NCBI RefSeq assembly: GCF_963921235.1
Contig: NW_026948112.1
Coordinates: 1-64,000 of the forward strand
DNA length: 64,000 nt
Origin: Mobula hypostoma
Taxonomy: Eukaryota
Direction: 5' to 3'
The notes beneath the pieces are model-generated. The model worked only from the letters and a program-made list of their open reading frames with translations. It had not been told where the DNA came from and made no database searches. The position numbers and the translations under genes are program-made. Shown piece after piece: positions 1-13,546 of the stretch. Every line of letters starts with the position of its first letter. Position 1 is the stretch's first letter.

Positions 1-2550
1 GCACCATTATTTCTAGATCCCTCTGTTCTACTGCATTCTTCAATGCCCTACCATTTACCATGTATGTCCTATTTTGATTAGTCCTACCAAAATGTAACAC
101 CTCACATTTATCAGCATTAAGCTCCAGCTGCCATCTTTCAGCCCACTCTTCTAACTGGCCTAAATCTCTCTGCAAGCTTTAAAAACCCACTTCATTATCC
201 ACAACGCCACCTATCTTAGTATCATCTGCATACTTTCTCATCCAATTTACCACCCCATCATCCAGATCATTATGATATATGACAAACAACATTAGACCCA
301 GTACAGATCCCTGAGGCACACCACTAGACACCGTCCTCCAATCTGACACACAGTTATCCACCACTACACTCTGGCGTCTCCCATCCAGCCACTGCTGAAT
401 CCATTTTACTACTTCGATATTAATGCCTAATGATTGAACCTTCCTAACTAACCATCCATGTGGAACCTTGTCAAAGGCGTTACTAAAGTCTCTAAAGACA
501 GCATCCACCGCTTTACGCTCGTCAACTTTCCTAGTAACCTCATCAAAAAGTTCAATAAGATTTGTGAAACATGACCATTCACGCACAAATCGATGTTGAC
601 TGTTCCTAAGCAGACCCTGTCTATCCAGATAATTATATATACCATCTCTAAGAATACTTTCCATCAATTTACCACCACTGACATCAAACTCACAGGCCAA
701 TAATTGCTAGGTTTACTCCTAGAATTCTTTTGAAACAAGGGAACCACATGAGCAATACGCCAACCCTCCGGCACCATCCCCGTTTCTAATGACATTTGAA
801 AGATTTCTGTTAGAGCCCCTCCTATTTCCACACTAACTTCCCTCAAGGTCCTAGGGAATATCTTGTCCGGACCCGGAGACTTATACATTTTTATATTCCT
901 GAAAATCACCAGTACTTCTTCTTCTTTAATCGTCATACTTTCCATAACTACCCTTCTTGTTTCCTTTATCTTACACAATTCAATATCCTTCTCCTTAGTG
1001 AATACCAAAGAAAAGAAAGTATTCAGAATCTGCCCCATCTCTCTTCGCTCCGTACATAGCCATCCACTTTGATTCTCTAAGGGAGCAATTTTATCTCTCA
1101 CTATCCTTTTGCTATTAATATGGCTGTAGAAACCCTTTGGATTTATTTTCACCCTACTTACCAAAGCAGCCTCGTATCTTTTAGCTTTTCTAATTTCTTT
1201 CTTCAGATTCTTTGTACATTCTTTATACTCCTCGAGCACCTCATTAACTCCACGCTGCCTACATTTATTGTAGATCCTTCTCTTTTTCCGAACCGTTTCC
1301 AATATCCCATGAACACCATGGCTCTTCCAACCTAAATTTACTTGCATAATTGTTGCCCTTCTACCTTACTGTCTTTACACCGTTTATTCTGCTTCTCTTT
1401 CCTCAAAGCCTCTCCGTATGTTAGATCTGGTTTTACTCTATGCACTCCTTTCACTGCTCTATCGCTCTGTGTCCCATCCCCCTCACAAATTAGTTTAAAC
1501 CCTCCCGAACCATGCTAGCAAACCTACCTGCAAGGATATTGCTCCCCCTTGAGTTCAGTTGCAACCCATCCAATCTGTACAGGTCCCACCTTCCCCAGAA
1601 GAGATCCTAATGGTCTAAAAATCTAAAACCCTGCTCCCTGCACCAACTCCTCAGCCACGCATTCAACTGCCATCTCCTCCAATTCTTACCATCACTGTCA
1701 CGTAGCACTGGCAGCAATCCTGAGAACGTCACCCTTGAGGTCCTGTTCTTCAGCCTTCTGCCCGTTTCCCGAAACTCACACTTCAGGACCTCATCCCTCT
1801 TCCTGCCTATGTCGTTGGTCCCAACATGTATCACGACTTATGGTTGCTTTCCCTCTCGTACCAGAATGTCGTGCACCCGGTCAAAGACATCCCGGACCCT
1901 GGCACCCGGGAGGCAACAAACCATGCAGGTGTCCTTCTCACGTCCACAAAATCTACTGTCTGCACCCCTGACTATAGAGTCTCCAATGACGACTGCTCTC
2001 ATCTTCTCCGTCCCACCCTTCTGCACCACAGGGTCAGACTCAGTGCCAGAGGCCCTGCCACCATGGCTCACACCCGGTCGGTCGACCCGCCAACAGTATC
2101 CAGGACGGTAAACTTATTATTCAGGGAATGGCTGCAGGGGTGCCCTGCACTACCTGTCTGCTCACCTTCGCTTTCCCCCCTCTGACTGTCACCCAACAAC
2201 CTGCTTCCGACAGCCTATTTGTGACTACCTCCCTGTAGCTCTCATCTATGACTGCCTCATTCTCCCTTATGAGTCAAAGGTCATCCAGGTGCTGCTCCAG
2301 ATTCCTTACACAGTCTTCCAGATCGCCCAGCTGCATGCACTTCTGGCAGATGTGACTCTGTGGGAGAGGGGAGTTCCCGCAAGACTGCCACATCTCACAT
2401 GAGAGGGACCTCACCATCTCCGGAGACATTGTGAAAAATAACTGCGAGCTAGCTCGTCCTCCGCCTCTTCTCGTCGAAGCCTCTCGAGTCAAAGCCTCAA
2501 AGCTCCACTCCTTCACTGGCCCACTCACGCACTGGCCGCTTTCCACTGAA
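1..2550 (-). mobile_element. CR1-clade LINE, decayed: ORF1 (zinc finger/coiled coil + SGNH esterase, ~1490-2432) joined to the ORF2 RT region; endonuclease domain deleted near 1335-1360; runs off the window start
   Basis: ORFs 179-700 and 664-1347 carry CR1 RT motifs (SPGPD, AFDKVPH, SGVPQGSVLG, YADD). ORFs 1607-2546 carry VIGDSIVRG and IHVGTNDI esterase blocks. Broken by frameshifts and stops. Confidence 0.93.
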
Positions 2551-3304
2551 GCCTGGAGATGTCGTGAAATGAATGGTTATAGCATATGAATAAGAAAGTG
2601 CAGTTGTGAGATTATAAAGGATGTATCACACTAAAGGAATATACCTTGTCACGTACCCCGTGACGGGTTAAAGAACCAGCAGAGATGGAAAACACTTTGG
2701 AGTCCAGTATTGCTATTAACTGATATTATTTATTAGTAACTATGCAATACAGTAATATAAATGTAGATAAATGAAACAGGTTAGCAATGATTATATGTAA
2801 GTAAGAGTGACATATATATGAAAACCAAGCTTCTTCAAATCTAGAGATTAAAAAGATACAGTCTTACGATGATGAATAAAGTTCAGTTCAGTTCGTAGTG
2901 TTGAGTTGAGTAGTGATGGAGAGAGAGAGGGAGAGATTTGGGTCATCAGGTGAGCTGCTGCCTTTGATCTTCCCGTTGTCCTCCGAAATCCTTTAAAAGT
3001 CACCGACTGTGACCACAACAAAGGGGACCGGTTTTCCATGGTGGAGCTATCAATCTAGGCAAAGGTTGGACACATGGACAACTCCCCACCGGTCAATCCC
3101 TTTTCTCACTGCAAGGGCCAACTAATCAATCTGCCTGGTCTATCCTCAGTGTCCAAAACAGGTGCCTGAGGTCTATATCAATTGACCTCCTATTTATCTC
3201 ACTGTACTGAGTACCAACTGTCATTCAAGTAACTCCTCCTTCCTTTGGGTGTGTAAGAAATGTACAAGCAGGCAAACGTCCTTGGAGAAAGTATAAACAG
3301 CCTT

Positions 3305-6300
3305 ATAGAAACATAGAAACACAAAAATAGGTGCAGAAGAAGACCATTCGGACCTTCGAGCCTGCACCACCATTCAGTATGATCATGGCTGATCATCCAA
3401 CTCAGAAGCCTGTACCAGCCTTCCCTCCATACCCCTTGATCCCTTTAGCTACAAGGGCCATATCTAACTCCCTCTTAAATATAACCAATGAACCGGCCTC
3501 AACTGTTTCCTGTGCCAGAGAATTCCACAGATTCACCACTCTCTGAGTGAAGAAGTTTTTCCTAATCTCGGTCCTAAAAGGCTTCCCCTTTACCCTCAAA
3601 CTGTGACCCCTCGTACTGGACTTCCCCAACATCGGGAACAATCTTCCTGCATTTAGCCTGTCCTATCCCTTTAGGATTTTATACGTTTCAATAAGATCCC
3701 CCCTCAATCTTCTAAATTCCAATGAATATAAGCCTAGTCGATCCAGTCTTTCATCATATAAAAGCCCTGCCATCCCAGGAATCAATCTGGTGAACCTTCT
3801 TTGTACTCCCTCTATGGCAAGAATGTCTTTCCTCAGATTAGAGGACCAATACTCCAGGTGTGATCTCACCAAGGCCTTGTACAACAGCAGTAAAACCTCC
3901 CTGCTCCTGTACTCGAATCCTCTTGCTATGAATGCCAGCATACCATTCGCCTTTTTCACTGCCTGCTGTACCTGCATGCCCACTTTCAATGACTGGTGTA
4001 TAATGACACCCAGGTCTCGTTGCACCTCCCCTTTTCCTAATCAGCCACCATTCTGATAATAATCTGTTTTCCTGTTTTTGCCACCAAAGTGGATAACCTC
4101 ACAGTTATCCATATTAAATTGCACCTGTCATGAATTTGCCCACTCACCTCACCTATCCAAATCACCCTGCATCCTCTTAGCATCCTCCTCACAGCTAACA
4201 CTGCCTCCCAGCTTCGTGTCATCTGCAAACTTGGAGATGCTGCATTCAATTCCCTCATCTAAGACATTAATATATATTGTAAACAACTGGGGTCCCAGCA
4301 TTGAGCCTTGCGGTACCCCACTAGTCTCCACCTGCCAATCTGAAAAGGTCCCGTTTATTCCCACACTTTGCTTCCTGTCTGCCAACCGATTCTCTATCCA
4401 CATCAATACTTTACCCCCAATACCGTGTGCTTTAAGTTTGCACACTAATCTCCTGTGTGGAACCTTGTCAAAAGCCTTTTGAAAATCCAAATATACCACA
4501 TCCACTGGTTCTCCCCTATCCACTCTACTAGTTACATCCTCAAAAAAATCTGAGATTCGTCAGACATGATTTTCCTTTCACAAATCCATGCTGACTTTGT
4601 CCGATGATTTCACCTGTTTCCAAATGTGCTGTTATCACATCTTTGATAACTGACTCTAGCATTTTCCCCTCCACCGATGTTAGGCTAACCAGTCTATAAT
4701 TCCCTGGTTTCCCTCTCCCTCCTTTTTTAAAAAGTGGGGTTACATTCGCCACCCTCCAATCCTCAGGAACTAGTCCAGAATCTAAAGAGTTTTGAAAAAT
4801 TATCACTAATGTATCCACTATTTCTTGGGCTACTTCCTTAAGCACTCTGGGATGCAGACCATCTGGCCCTGGGGATTTATCTGCCTTTAATCCCTTCAAT
4901 TTACCTAACACCACTTCCCTACTAACATGTATTTCCCTCAGTTCCTCCATCTCACTGGACCCTCTGTCCCCTACTATTTCCGGAAGATTATTTATGTCCT
5001 CCTTAGTGAAGACAGAACCAAAGTAGTTATGCAATTGGTCTGCTATGTCCTTGTTCCCCATAATCAATTCACCTGTTTCTGTCTGTAGGGGACCTACATT
5101 TGTCTTAACCAATCTTTTTCTTTTCACATATCTATAAAAGCTTTTACAGTCAGTTTTTATGTTCCCTGCCAGTTTTCTCTCATATTCTTTTCCCTTTCCT
5201 AATTAAGCCCTTTATCCTTTGTACTTTGAGTTTCTCCCAGTCCTCAGGTGAGCCGCTTTTTCTGGCTAATTTGTATGCTTCTTCTTTGGAATTGATACTA
5301 TCCCTAATTTCCCTTGTCAGCCATGGATGCACTACCTTCCTTGATTTATTCTTTTGCCAAACTGGGATGAACAATTGTTGTAGTTCATCCATGCGATCTT
5401 TAAATGCTTGCCATTGCATATCCACCTTCAACCCCTTAAATATCATTTGCCAGTCTATCTTAACTAATTCACGTCTCATACCTTCAAATTTACCCTTCTT
5501 TAAGTTCATAACTTTTCTTTCTGGATTAACTATGTCACTCTCCATCTTAATGAAGAATTCCACCATATTATGGTCACTCTTACCCAAGGGGCCTCTCACG
5601 ACAAGATTGCCAATTAACCCTTCCTCATTGCTCAAAACCCAGTCTAGAATAGCCTGCTCTCTGGTTGGTTCCTTGACATGTTGGTTGCAAAAACCATCCC
5701 GCATACATTCCAAGAAATCCTCTTCCTCAGCACCCTTACCAATTTGGTTCACCTGATCTATATGTAGATTGAAGTCACCCATTATAACTGCTGTTCCTTT
5801 ATTGCATGCATTTCGAATTTCCTGTTTAATGCCATCCCCAACCTCACTAGCAGTGTTAGGTGGCCTGTACACAACTTCCACCAGCGTTTTCTGCCCCTTA
5901 GTGTTATGCAGCTCTACCCAAATCGATTCCACATCCTCCCGGCTAATGTCCTTCCTTTCTATTGCGTTAATCCCCTGTCTAAACAGCAATGCTACCCACC
6001 TCATTTTCTTTCATGTCCATCCCTCCTGAATATTGAATATCCCTGAATGTTGAGCTCCCATCCTTGGTCACCTTGGAGTCATGTCTCTGTGATCCCAACT
6101 ATATCATATTCATTAATAACAATCTGCACTTTTAATTTATCCACCTTGTTACGAATGCTCCTTGCATCGACACACAAAGCCCTCGGGCTTGCTTTTACAA
6201 CACTCTTAGCCCTTATACAATTATGTTGAAAAGTGGCCCTTTTTGATTTTTGCCCTGGATTTGCCGGCCTGCCACTTTTACTTATCACCTTACTACTTTT

Positions 6301-7620
6301 TGCTTCTACCCTCATTTTACACCCCTCTGTCTCTCTGCACTTGTTTCCATCCCCCTGTTGTGAACTAACCTCCTCTCTCTTAGTCTCTTTAATTTGATTC
6401 CCACCTCCCAACCATTCTAGTTTAAAGTCACCTCCGTAGCCCTCGCAAATCTCCCTGCCAGGATATTGGTCCCCCTAGGATTCAAGTGTAACCCGTCCTT
6501 TTTGTGCAGGTCATACCTGCGCCAAAAGAGGTCCCAGTGATCCAAAAACTTGAATTCCTGCCCCCTGCTCCAATCCCTCAACCACGCATTTATCCTCCAC
6601 CTCATTGCATTCCTGCTCTCACTGTTGCGTAGCACAGGCAGTAATCCCGAGATTATTACCTTTGCAGTCCTTTTTCTCAACTCCTTTCCTAACTCCCTAT
6701 ATTCTCCTTTCAGTGCCTCTTCCCTTTTCCTACCTATGTCATTGGTACCTATATGTACCACGACCTCTGGCTCCTCACCCTCCCACTTCAGGATATCTTG
6801 GACACGATCAGAAATATCCCGGACCCTGGCACCAGGGAGGCAAACTACCATCCGGGTCTCTGGACTGCGTTCACAGAATCGCCTATCTGGCCCCCTTGCT
6901 ATCGAGTCCCCTATTACTACTGCCCTCCTCTTCCTTTCCCTACCCTTCTGAGCTACAGGGCCGGACTCTGTGCCGGAGGCCACAATTGCTTCCCCCAGGT
7001 AAGCTGTTCCCCCCCCAACAGTACGCAAACAGGAGTAATTATTGTCAAGGGGCACAGCCACTGGGGTAATCTCTAGTACCTGACCCTTCCCCTTCCTCTT
7101 TCTAACCATGACCCACTTGTCTGCATCCTGTGGCCCCGGTGTGACCACCTGCCTGTAACTCCTCTCTATCAACTCCTCACTCTCCCTGACCTGATGAAGG
7201 TCATCGAGCTGCAGCTCCAGTCCCCTAACGCGGTCCCTTTGGAGCTGCATCTCGGCGCACCTGGCACAGATGTGGTCCGGGAGGCTTGGAGACTCCAGGA
7301 CCTCCCAAGTCCGGCACCGAGAACAACATGCTGCCCTCACACTCATACTGCCCTCTCCTCAAATAACAAAAAAAAATGAATACCAAACCTTCCTCGCCTC
7401 GCCCGTTTCTGCCTAAATCCGTTGAGTCGAAGCCCTTAAGCCTTCACTCTGCTCCCGGCTCTCTCTGCCGCCCGCAAAACGACGCTGCCCGCTGTATGAG
7501 GCTCTGTTCCTTTTAAATCTTCTGCGCTTCACTGCCCAACGTCACACGCCTGCGCAGTCCCACCTCTCTGAACGCCGATGAAAAAAAACAAAAAATTCAA
7601 AATGGCTTCCTCTGCACTCC
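3305..7620 (-). mobile_element. Near full-length CR1 LINE (family A): 5' UTR, intact ORF1, frameshifted ORF2 (APE endonuclease + RT), (TTTCTATG)n tail
   Basis: ORF2 pieces 6079-6411, 5180-6004, 4540-5127, 4149-4523, 3663-4025 and 3402-3641 are colinear with the intact 934-aa ORF at 56093. The tail reads atagaaacatagaaac on plus at ~3306. Confidence 0.95.
6417..7346 (-). CDS. CR1 ORF1p, 309 aa (CxxC...CxxC zinc finger, coiled coil, SGNH/GDSL esterase domain)
   Basis: Open ATG-to-TAG frame with CSRC...CARC, LELQLDDL, VIGDS, HIGTNDI and DGLHLN motifs typical of vertebrate CR1 ORF1. Confidence 0.85.
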   Translation of the reverse strand: MSVRAACCSRCRTWEVLESPSLPDHICARCAEMQLQRDRVRGLELQLDDLHQVRESEELIERSYRQVVTPGPQDADKWVMVRKRKGKGQVLEITPVAVPLDNNYSCLRTVGGGTAYLGEAIVASGTESGPVAQKGRERKRRAVVIGDSIARGPDRRFCERSPETRMVVCLPGARVRDISDRVQDILKWEGEEPEVVVHIGTNDIGRKREEALKGEYRELGKELRKRTAKVIISGLLPVLRNSESRNAMRWRINAWLRDWSRGQEFKFLDHWDLFWRRYDLHKKDGLHLNPRGTNILAGRFARATEVTLN

Positions 7621-7775
7621 CTCCAGAGAAACGATAACATGGATTATCCATCAAATAACGCTGCCTCGGTTACCATAGCGACTTGCGAGCTACTCGGTGC
7701 TCTCTCTCACTCCCAACTCAGCCGAAATCCAAAAGTTCCTCATGCCTTAAAGTGACAGTACAAAATTAGTCTTCA

Positions 7776-7812
<37 letters not shown>

Positions 7813-7936
7813 TTCTCTCTCTCTTTTCAAAACAACATGTTGGTGTTAAATACCTCTCTGTCTCTCTCTTTTCAAAAGCTCAGTTCATAAGGGTAATCGA
7901 GCACAGTTCGTAGGGGTTATTCAGGAACCCGTCACA

Positions 7937-7956
7937 CCCCTTCAGAGAAAAAAAAA
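7937..7956 (-). promoter_or_regulatory. Short polypurine tract preceded by a U-tract, abutting the 3' LTR
   Basis: Minus strand reads TTTTTTTTTCTCTGAAGGGG|TGTGAC. Confidence 0.55.
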
Positions 7957-8099
7957 TTGACGAAGGCGAAATTTGTTTTTTAGTCTAAATGTAAATTACA
8001 GAGTTTGAAACAATACATGTATGATCATCAAATGACAGACCAAAAACGTGTACAATTTCCAACTTAACATCGGGATAAATAATCACCTATAATATTGTC

Positions 8100-9064
8100 A
8101 GTATCTTCCACATGTTTGGTTTTTAAGCCACATTCTTGCACTAAGAGACTCCAATTTTACAACCTTCTATTCTTATCCTTCATCTTAGTTAGAAACACTA
8201 AAGGATTATAATCCATGTAAACCACAAGTGGTCCCTGGGCAGGACAAATGTAGACCTAAAAATATTGTAAAGCTAGAATAAGAGTCAACAATTCCTTTTC
8301 AACAGTTGAAGATTTTTTTCTGGTGCACTTTAAATTTCATTCAGAAATAAGCTACTGGGTGTTCAATGTCACCCACACCCTTCTGTAACAGTACTGCCCC
8401 AGCAGCTTCGTCACTAGCATTTGCAGCTATAGAAAATGGCTTGGAAAAATCTGGTGCTTTAAGCACAGGATGAGAACACGGGATGGTTTTCAGACGTTCA
8501 AATGCCTCCTGACAAAGGTCATTCCATACGTATCTTTCACTCTTCCCCAGAAGTTTCGTTAGGGGAGAGCGATGTCAGCAAAGTTCTTACAAAACTTACG
8601 ATAATACCCAACCATTCCTAAAAACCGCCTTAAAGCCTTCTTGCCCTTTAGAACAGGAACCTCAGCAAAGCTTGAACCTTGGCCTGTACAGGAGCCAGCT
8701 GGCCCTGGCCTAGTACATAGCCAAGATAAATAAATGTGGCATTGCCAAACTCACTTTTAGTGAGGTTCACAGTAAGACTGGCCTTGGAAAGTCTGTCAAA
8801 CAGTTTTTCTACCGCTGCAATATGCTCTTCCCACGTGTTATTCCAGACCACTAAATCATTGATAGAAGCCTCTGTGTTTTCTAAAACAAAAATCACAGAA
8901 TTGATCATTCTTTGAAATGTCCCTGGAGCATTTTTCATCCCAAAGGGTAAAACATTCTATTCATACAGTCTAGATGGTGTCACAAATGCTGATATCTCTT
9001 TAGCCATCTCTGTTAAAGGAACACCCCAGTATCCTTTTAACAGGTCAATCTTTGTAAGGTATTT
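8100..9064 (-). pseudogene. Gypsy RT C-terminal half and RNase H remnant
   Basis: YLTKIDLLKGYW..PL..AKEISAFVTP, then MKNAPGTFQRMIN, SIND in place of YIDD, and APDFSKPF...ASDEAAGAVLLQ. Contains stops and frameshifts. Confidence 0.88.
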
Positions 9065-10751
9065 CAAAGGATATTCTTTGGTATTCACCAATGAGAGGGA
9101 ACTTGATGATGGTGAGGACAATATGAGTGAGGTTGATGTTCTGGAGCATGCTGATATTAAGGGAGAGGAGGTGTTGGAGTTGTTAAAATACATTAAGACA
9201 GATAAGTCCCCGGGTCCTGACGGAATATTCCCCAGGCTGCTCCACGAGGCGAGAGAAGAGATTGCTGAGCCTCTGGCTAGGATCTTTATGTCCTCGTTGT
9301 CCACGGGAATGGTACCGGACGATTGGAGGGAGGCGAATGTTGTTCCCTTGTTCAAAAAAGGTAGTAGGGATAGTCCGGGTAATTACAGACCAGTGAGCCT
9401 TACGTCTGTGGTGGGAAAGCTGTTGGAAAAGTTTCTTAGAGATAGGATCTATAGGCATTTAGAGAATCGTGGTCTGATCAGGGACAGTCAGCATGGCTTT
9501 GTGAAGGGCAGATCGTGTCTAACAAGCCTGATAGAGTTCTTTGAGGAGGTGACCAGGCATATAGATGAGGGTAGTGCAGTGGATGTGATCTGTATGGATT
9601 TTAGTAAGGCATTTGACAAGGTTCCACATGGTAGGCTTATTCAGAAAGTTAGAAGGCATGGGATCCAGGAAAGTTTGGCCAGGTGGATTCAGAATTGGCT
9701 TGCCTGCAGAAGGCAGAGGGTGGTGGTGGCGGGAGTACATTCAGATTGGAGGATTGTGACTAGTGGTGTCCCACAAGGATCTGTTCTGGGACCTCGACTT
9801 TTCGTGATTTTTATTAACGACCTGGATGTGGGGGTAGAAGGGTGGGTTGGCAAGTTTGCATACGACACAAAGGTTGGTGGTGTTGTAGATAGTGTAGAGG
9901 ATTGTCAAAGATTGCAGAGAGACATTGATAGGATGGAGAAGTGGGCTGAGAAGTGGCAGATGGAGTTCAACCCGGAGAAGTGTGAGGTGGTACACTTTGG
10001 AAGGACAAACTCCAAGGCAGAGTACAAAGTAAATGGCAGGATACTTGGTAGTGTGGAGGAGCAGAGGGAATCTCGGGGTACATGTCCACAGATCCCTGAA
10101 AGTTGCCTCACAGGTGGATAGGGTAGTTAAGAAATATTATGGGGTGTTAGCTTTCATAAGTCGAGGGATAGAGTTTAAGAGCCGCGATGTAATGATGCAG
10201 CTCTATAAAACTCTGGTTAGGCCACACTTGGAGTATTGTGTCCAGTTCTGGTCACCTCACTATAGGAAGGATGTGGAAGCATTGGAAAGGGTACAGAGGA
10301 GATTTACCATGATGCTGCCTGGTTTAGAAAGTATGCATTATGATCAGAGATTAAAGAAGCTAGGGCTTTAGTCTTTGGAGAGAAGGAGGATGAGAGGAGA
10401 CACGATAGATGTGTACAAGATATTAAGAGGAATAGATAGAGTGGATAGCCAGTGCCTCTTCCCTAGGGCACCACTGCTCAAGACAAGAGGACATGGCTTT
10501 AAGGTAAGGGGTGGGAAGTTCAAGGGGCATATTAGAGCAAGGTTTTTTACTCAGAGAGTGGTTGGTGCGTGGGATGCACTGCCTGAGTCAGTGGTGGAGG
10601 CAGATACACTAGTGAAGTTTAAGAGACTCCTCAACAGGTTTATGGAGGAATCTAAGGTGGGGGCTTATATGGGAGGCAGGGTTTGAGGGTTGGTACAACA
10701 TTGTGGGCTGAAGGGCCTGTACTGTGCTGTACTATTCTATGTTCTACGTTC
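9065..10751 (+). mobile_element. 5'-truncated CR1 (family F) ORF2 RT and 3' end, inserted in the Gypsy RT
   Basis: ORFs 9078-10121, 10033-10371 and 10375-10686; tail ttctatgttcta; flanked by TATTT at 9060-9064 and 10752-10756. Confidence 0.93.
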
Positions 10752-10926
10752 TATTTAGCCTTCCCCACTTTATCAATAAAGTCATTCACTATCTTTCCTG
10801 GTTCTTTTTTGTTTCTAATTACTTGTCAACCATTTTATTTCCTCAAAGTTCATTCTGTCAAGATGCTGTTTCATGGTCTGGGCTGAATTTATAATGACCT
10901 GATGCACTGCATCTGTGCACCATTTC
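10752..10926 (-). pseudogene. Isolated, internally deleted Gypsy RT N-terminal fragment between two CR1 tails
   Basis: Translates KWCTDAVHQVIINSAQTMKQH...NDFIDKVGKAK(Y). It joins HGDLFSDIQK (13547+) on one side and YLTKIDLL (<9064) on the other. Confidence 0.85.
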
Positions 10927-13546
10927 ATAATTAGAACATAGAACATAGAAGAGTACAGCACATTACAGGCCCTTCGGCCCACAATGTTGTGCCGACACTC
11001 AAACCCTGCCTCCCATATAACCTCCACCTTAAATTCCTCCATATACCTGTCTAGTAGTCTCTTAAACTTCACTAGTGTATCTGCCTCCACCACTGACTCA
11101 GGCACTGCATTCCAGGCACCAACCACTCTCTGAGTGAAAAACTTTCCTCTAATATCCCCCTTGAACTTCCCACCCCACACCTTAAAGCCCTGTCCTCTTG
11201 TGGTGAGCAGTGGTGCCCTGGGGAAGAGGCGCTGTCTATCCACTATATCTATTCCTCTTAATATCTTGTACACATCTATCATGTCTCCTCTCATCCTCCT
11301 TCTCTCCAAAGAGTAAAGCCCTTGTTCCCTTAATCTCTGATCATAATCCATTCTCTCTAAACCAGGCAGCATCCTGGTAGATCCCCTCTGTACCCTTTCC
11401 AATGCTTCCACATCGCTCCTGTAGTGAGGCGACCAGAACTGGACACAGTACTCCAAGTGTGGCCTAACCAGAGTTTTATAGAGCTGCATCATTACATCGC
11501 GACTCTTAAGCTCTATCCCTCAACTTATGAAAGCTAACACTCCATAAGCTTTCTTAACTACCCTATCTACCTGTGACGCAGCTTTCAGGGATCTGTAGAC
11601 ATGTATCGGCAGATTCCTCTGCTCCTCCACACTACCAAGTATCCTGCCATTTACTTTGTACTCTGCCTTGGAGTTTGACCTTCCAAAGTGTACCACCTCA
11701 CATTTCTTTGGGTTGAACTCCATCTGCCACTTCTCAGCCCACTTCTGCATTCTATCAATGTCTCTCTGCAAACTTCAACAATCTTCTACACTATCTACAA
11801 CACCACCAATCGTTGTGTCATCTGCAAACTTGCCAACCCACCCTTCTACCCCCACATCTAGGTCGTTAATAAAAATCACGAAAAGAAGAGTTCCCAGAAC
11901 AGATACTTGTGGGACACTACTAGTCACAATCCTCCAATCTGAATGTACTCCCTCCACCACCACCCTCTGCCTTCTGCAGGCAAGACAATTCTGAATCCAC
12001 CTGGCCAAACTTCCCTGGATCCTATGCCTTCTGACTTTCTGAATAAGCCTACAGTGTGGAACCTTGTCAAATGGCTTACTAAAATCCATGTAGATCACAT
12101 CAACTGCACTACCCTCATCTATATGCCTGGTCACCTCCTCAAAGAACTCTATCAGGCTTGTTAGACACGATCTGGCCTTCACAAAGCCATGCTGACTGTC
12201 CCTGATCAGACCATGATTCTCTAAATGCCCATAGATCCTATCTCTAAGAAACTTTTCCAACAGCTTTCCCACCACAGGCGTAAGGCTCACTGGTCTATAA
12301 TTACCCGGACTATTCCTACTACCTTTTTTGATCAAGGGGACAACATTCGCCTCCCTCCAATCCTCCGCTACCATTCCCGTGGACAACGAGGTCATAAAGA
12401 TCCTCGCCAGAGGCTCAGCAATCTCTTCCCTTGCCTCGTGGAGCAGCCTGGAGAATATTCCGTCAGGCCCTGGGGACTTATCCGTCCTAATGTATTTTAA
12501 CAACTCCAACACCTCCTCTGCCTTAATATCAACATGATCCAGAACATCAACCTCACTCATATTCTCCTCACCGTCATCGTTCCCTCTCATAGGTGAATAC
12601 CGAAGAGAAGTATTCATTGAGGACCTCACTCACTTCCACAGCCTCCAGGCACATCCTCCCACCTTTATCTCTAATTGGTCCTACCTTCACTCCTGTTATC
12701 CTTTTGTTCTTCAGATAATTGAAGAATGCCTTGGGGTTTTCCTTTACTCTACTTGCCAAGGCTTTCTCATGCCCCCTTCTTGCTCTTCTCAGCCCTTTCT
12801 TAAGCTCCTTTCTTGCTTCCCTATATTCCTCAATAGACCCATCTGATCCTTGCTTCCTAAACCTCATGTATGCTGCCTTCTTCCACCTGACTAGATTTTC
12901 TACCTCACTTGTCACCCATGGTTCCTCCACCCTACCATTCTTTATCTTCCTCACCGGGACAAATTTATCCCTAACATCCTGCAAGAGATCTCTAAACATC
13001 GACCACATGTCCATAGTATATTTCCCTGTAAAAACATCATCTCAATTCACACCCGCAAGTTCTACCTATTACTAGATCTAGTATGGCATTCTCCCTAGTC
13101 GGCCTGTCAACATAGTGTGACAGGAATCCGTCCTGGACACACTTAACAATCTCTGCCCCATCTAAACCCTTGGAACTAATCAGGTGCCAATCAATATTAG
13201 GGAAGTTAATGTCACCCATGATAACAACCCTGTTATTTATGCACCTTTCCAAAATCTGTTCCCAATCTGCTCGTCTGTATCTCTGCTGCTACCAGGGGGT
13301 CTCTAGAATACCCCCAATGGAGTAACTACTCCCTTCCTGTTCCTGACTTCCACCCATACTGACTCAAAGTGGATCCTGCTACATTACCCACCCTTTCTGT
13401 AGCTGTAATAGTATCCCTGACCAGTAATGCCACCCCTCCTCCCCTTTCTTCCCCCCACCCTTCTATCCCTTTTAAAGCACTGAAATCCAGGAATATTGAG
13501 AATCCATTCCTGCCCTGGTGCCAGCCAAGTCTCTGTAATGGCCAAG
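10927..13546 (-). mobile_element. 5'-truncated CR1 (family F) ORF2, inserted in the Gypsy RT
   Basis: ORFs 10815-11492, 11520-11771, 11775-12629, 12574-13014 and 13037-13252; tail agaacatagaacatagaa on plus; flanked by TTTC at 10923-10926 and 13547-13550. Confidence 0.93.

Larger units (their letters stand above)
2647..7936 (-). repeat. 3' LTR of the Gypsy element, split by a CR1 into 2647-~3304 and ~7621-7936
   Basis: Plus strand starts TGTCAC and ends CCGTCACA. Both halves align colinearly with 16323-17128 and with the reverse complement of 54777-55768. Confidence 0.9.
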
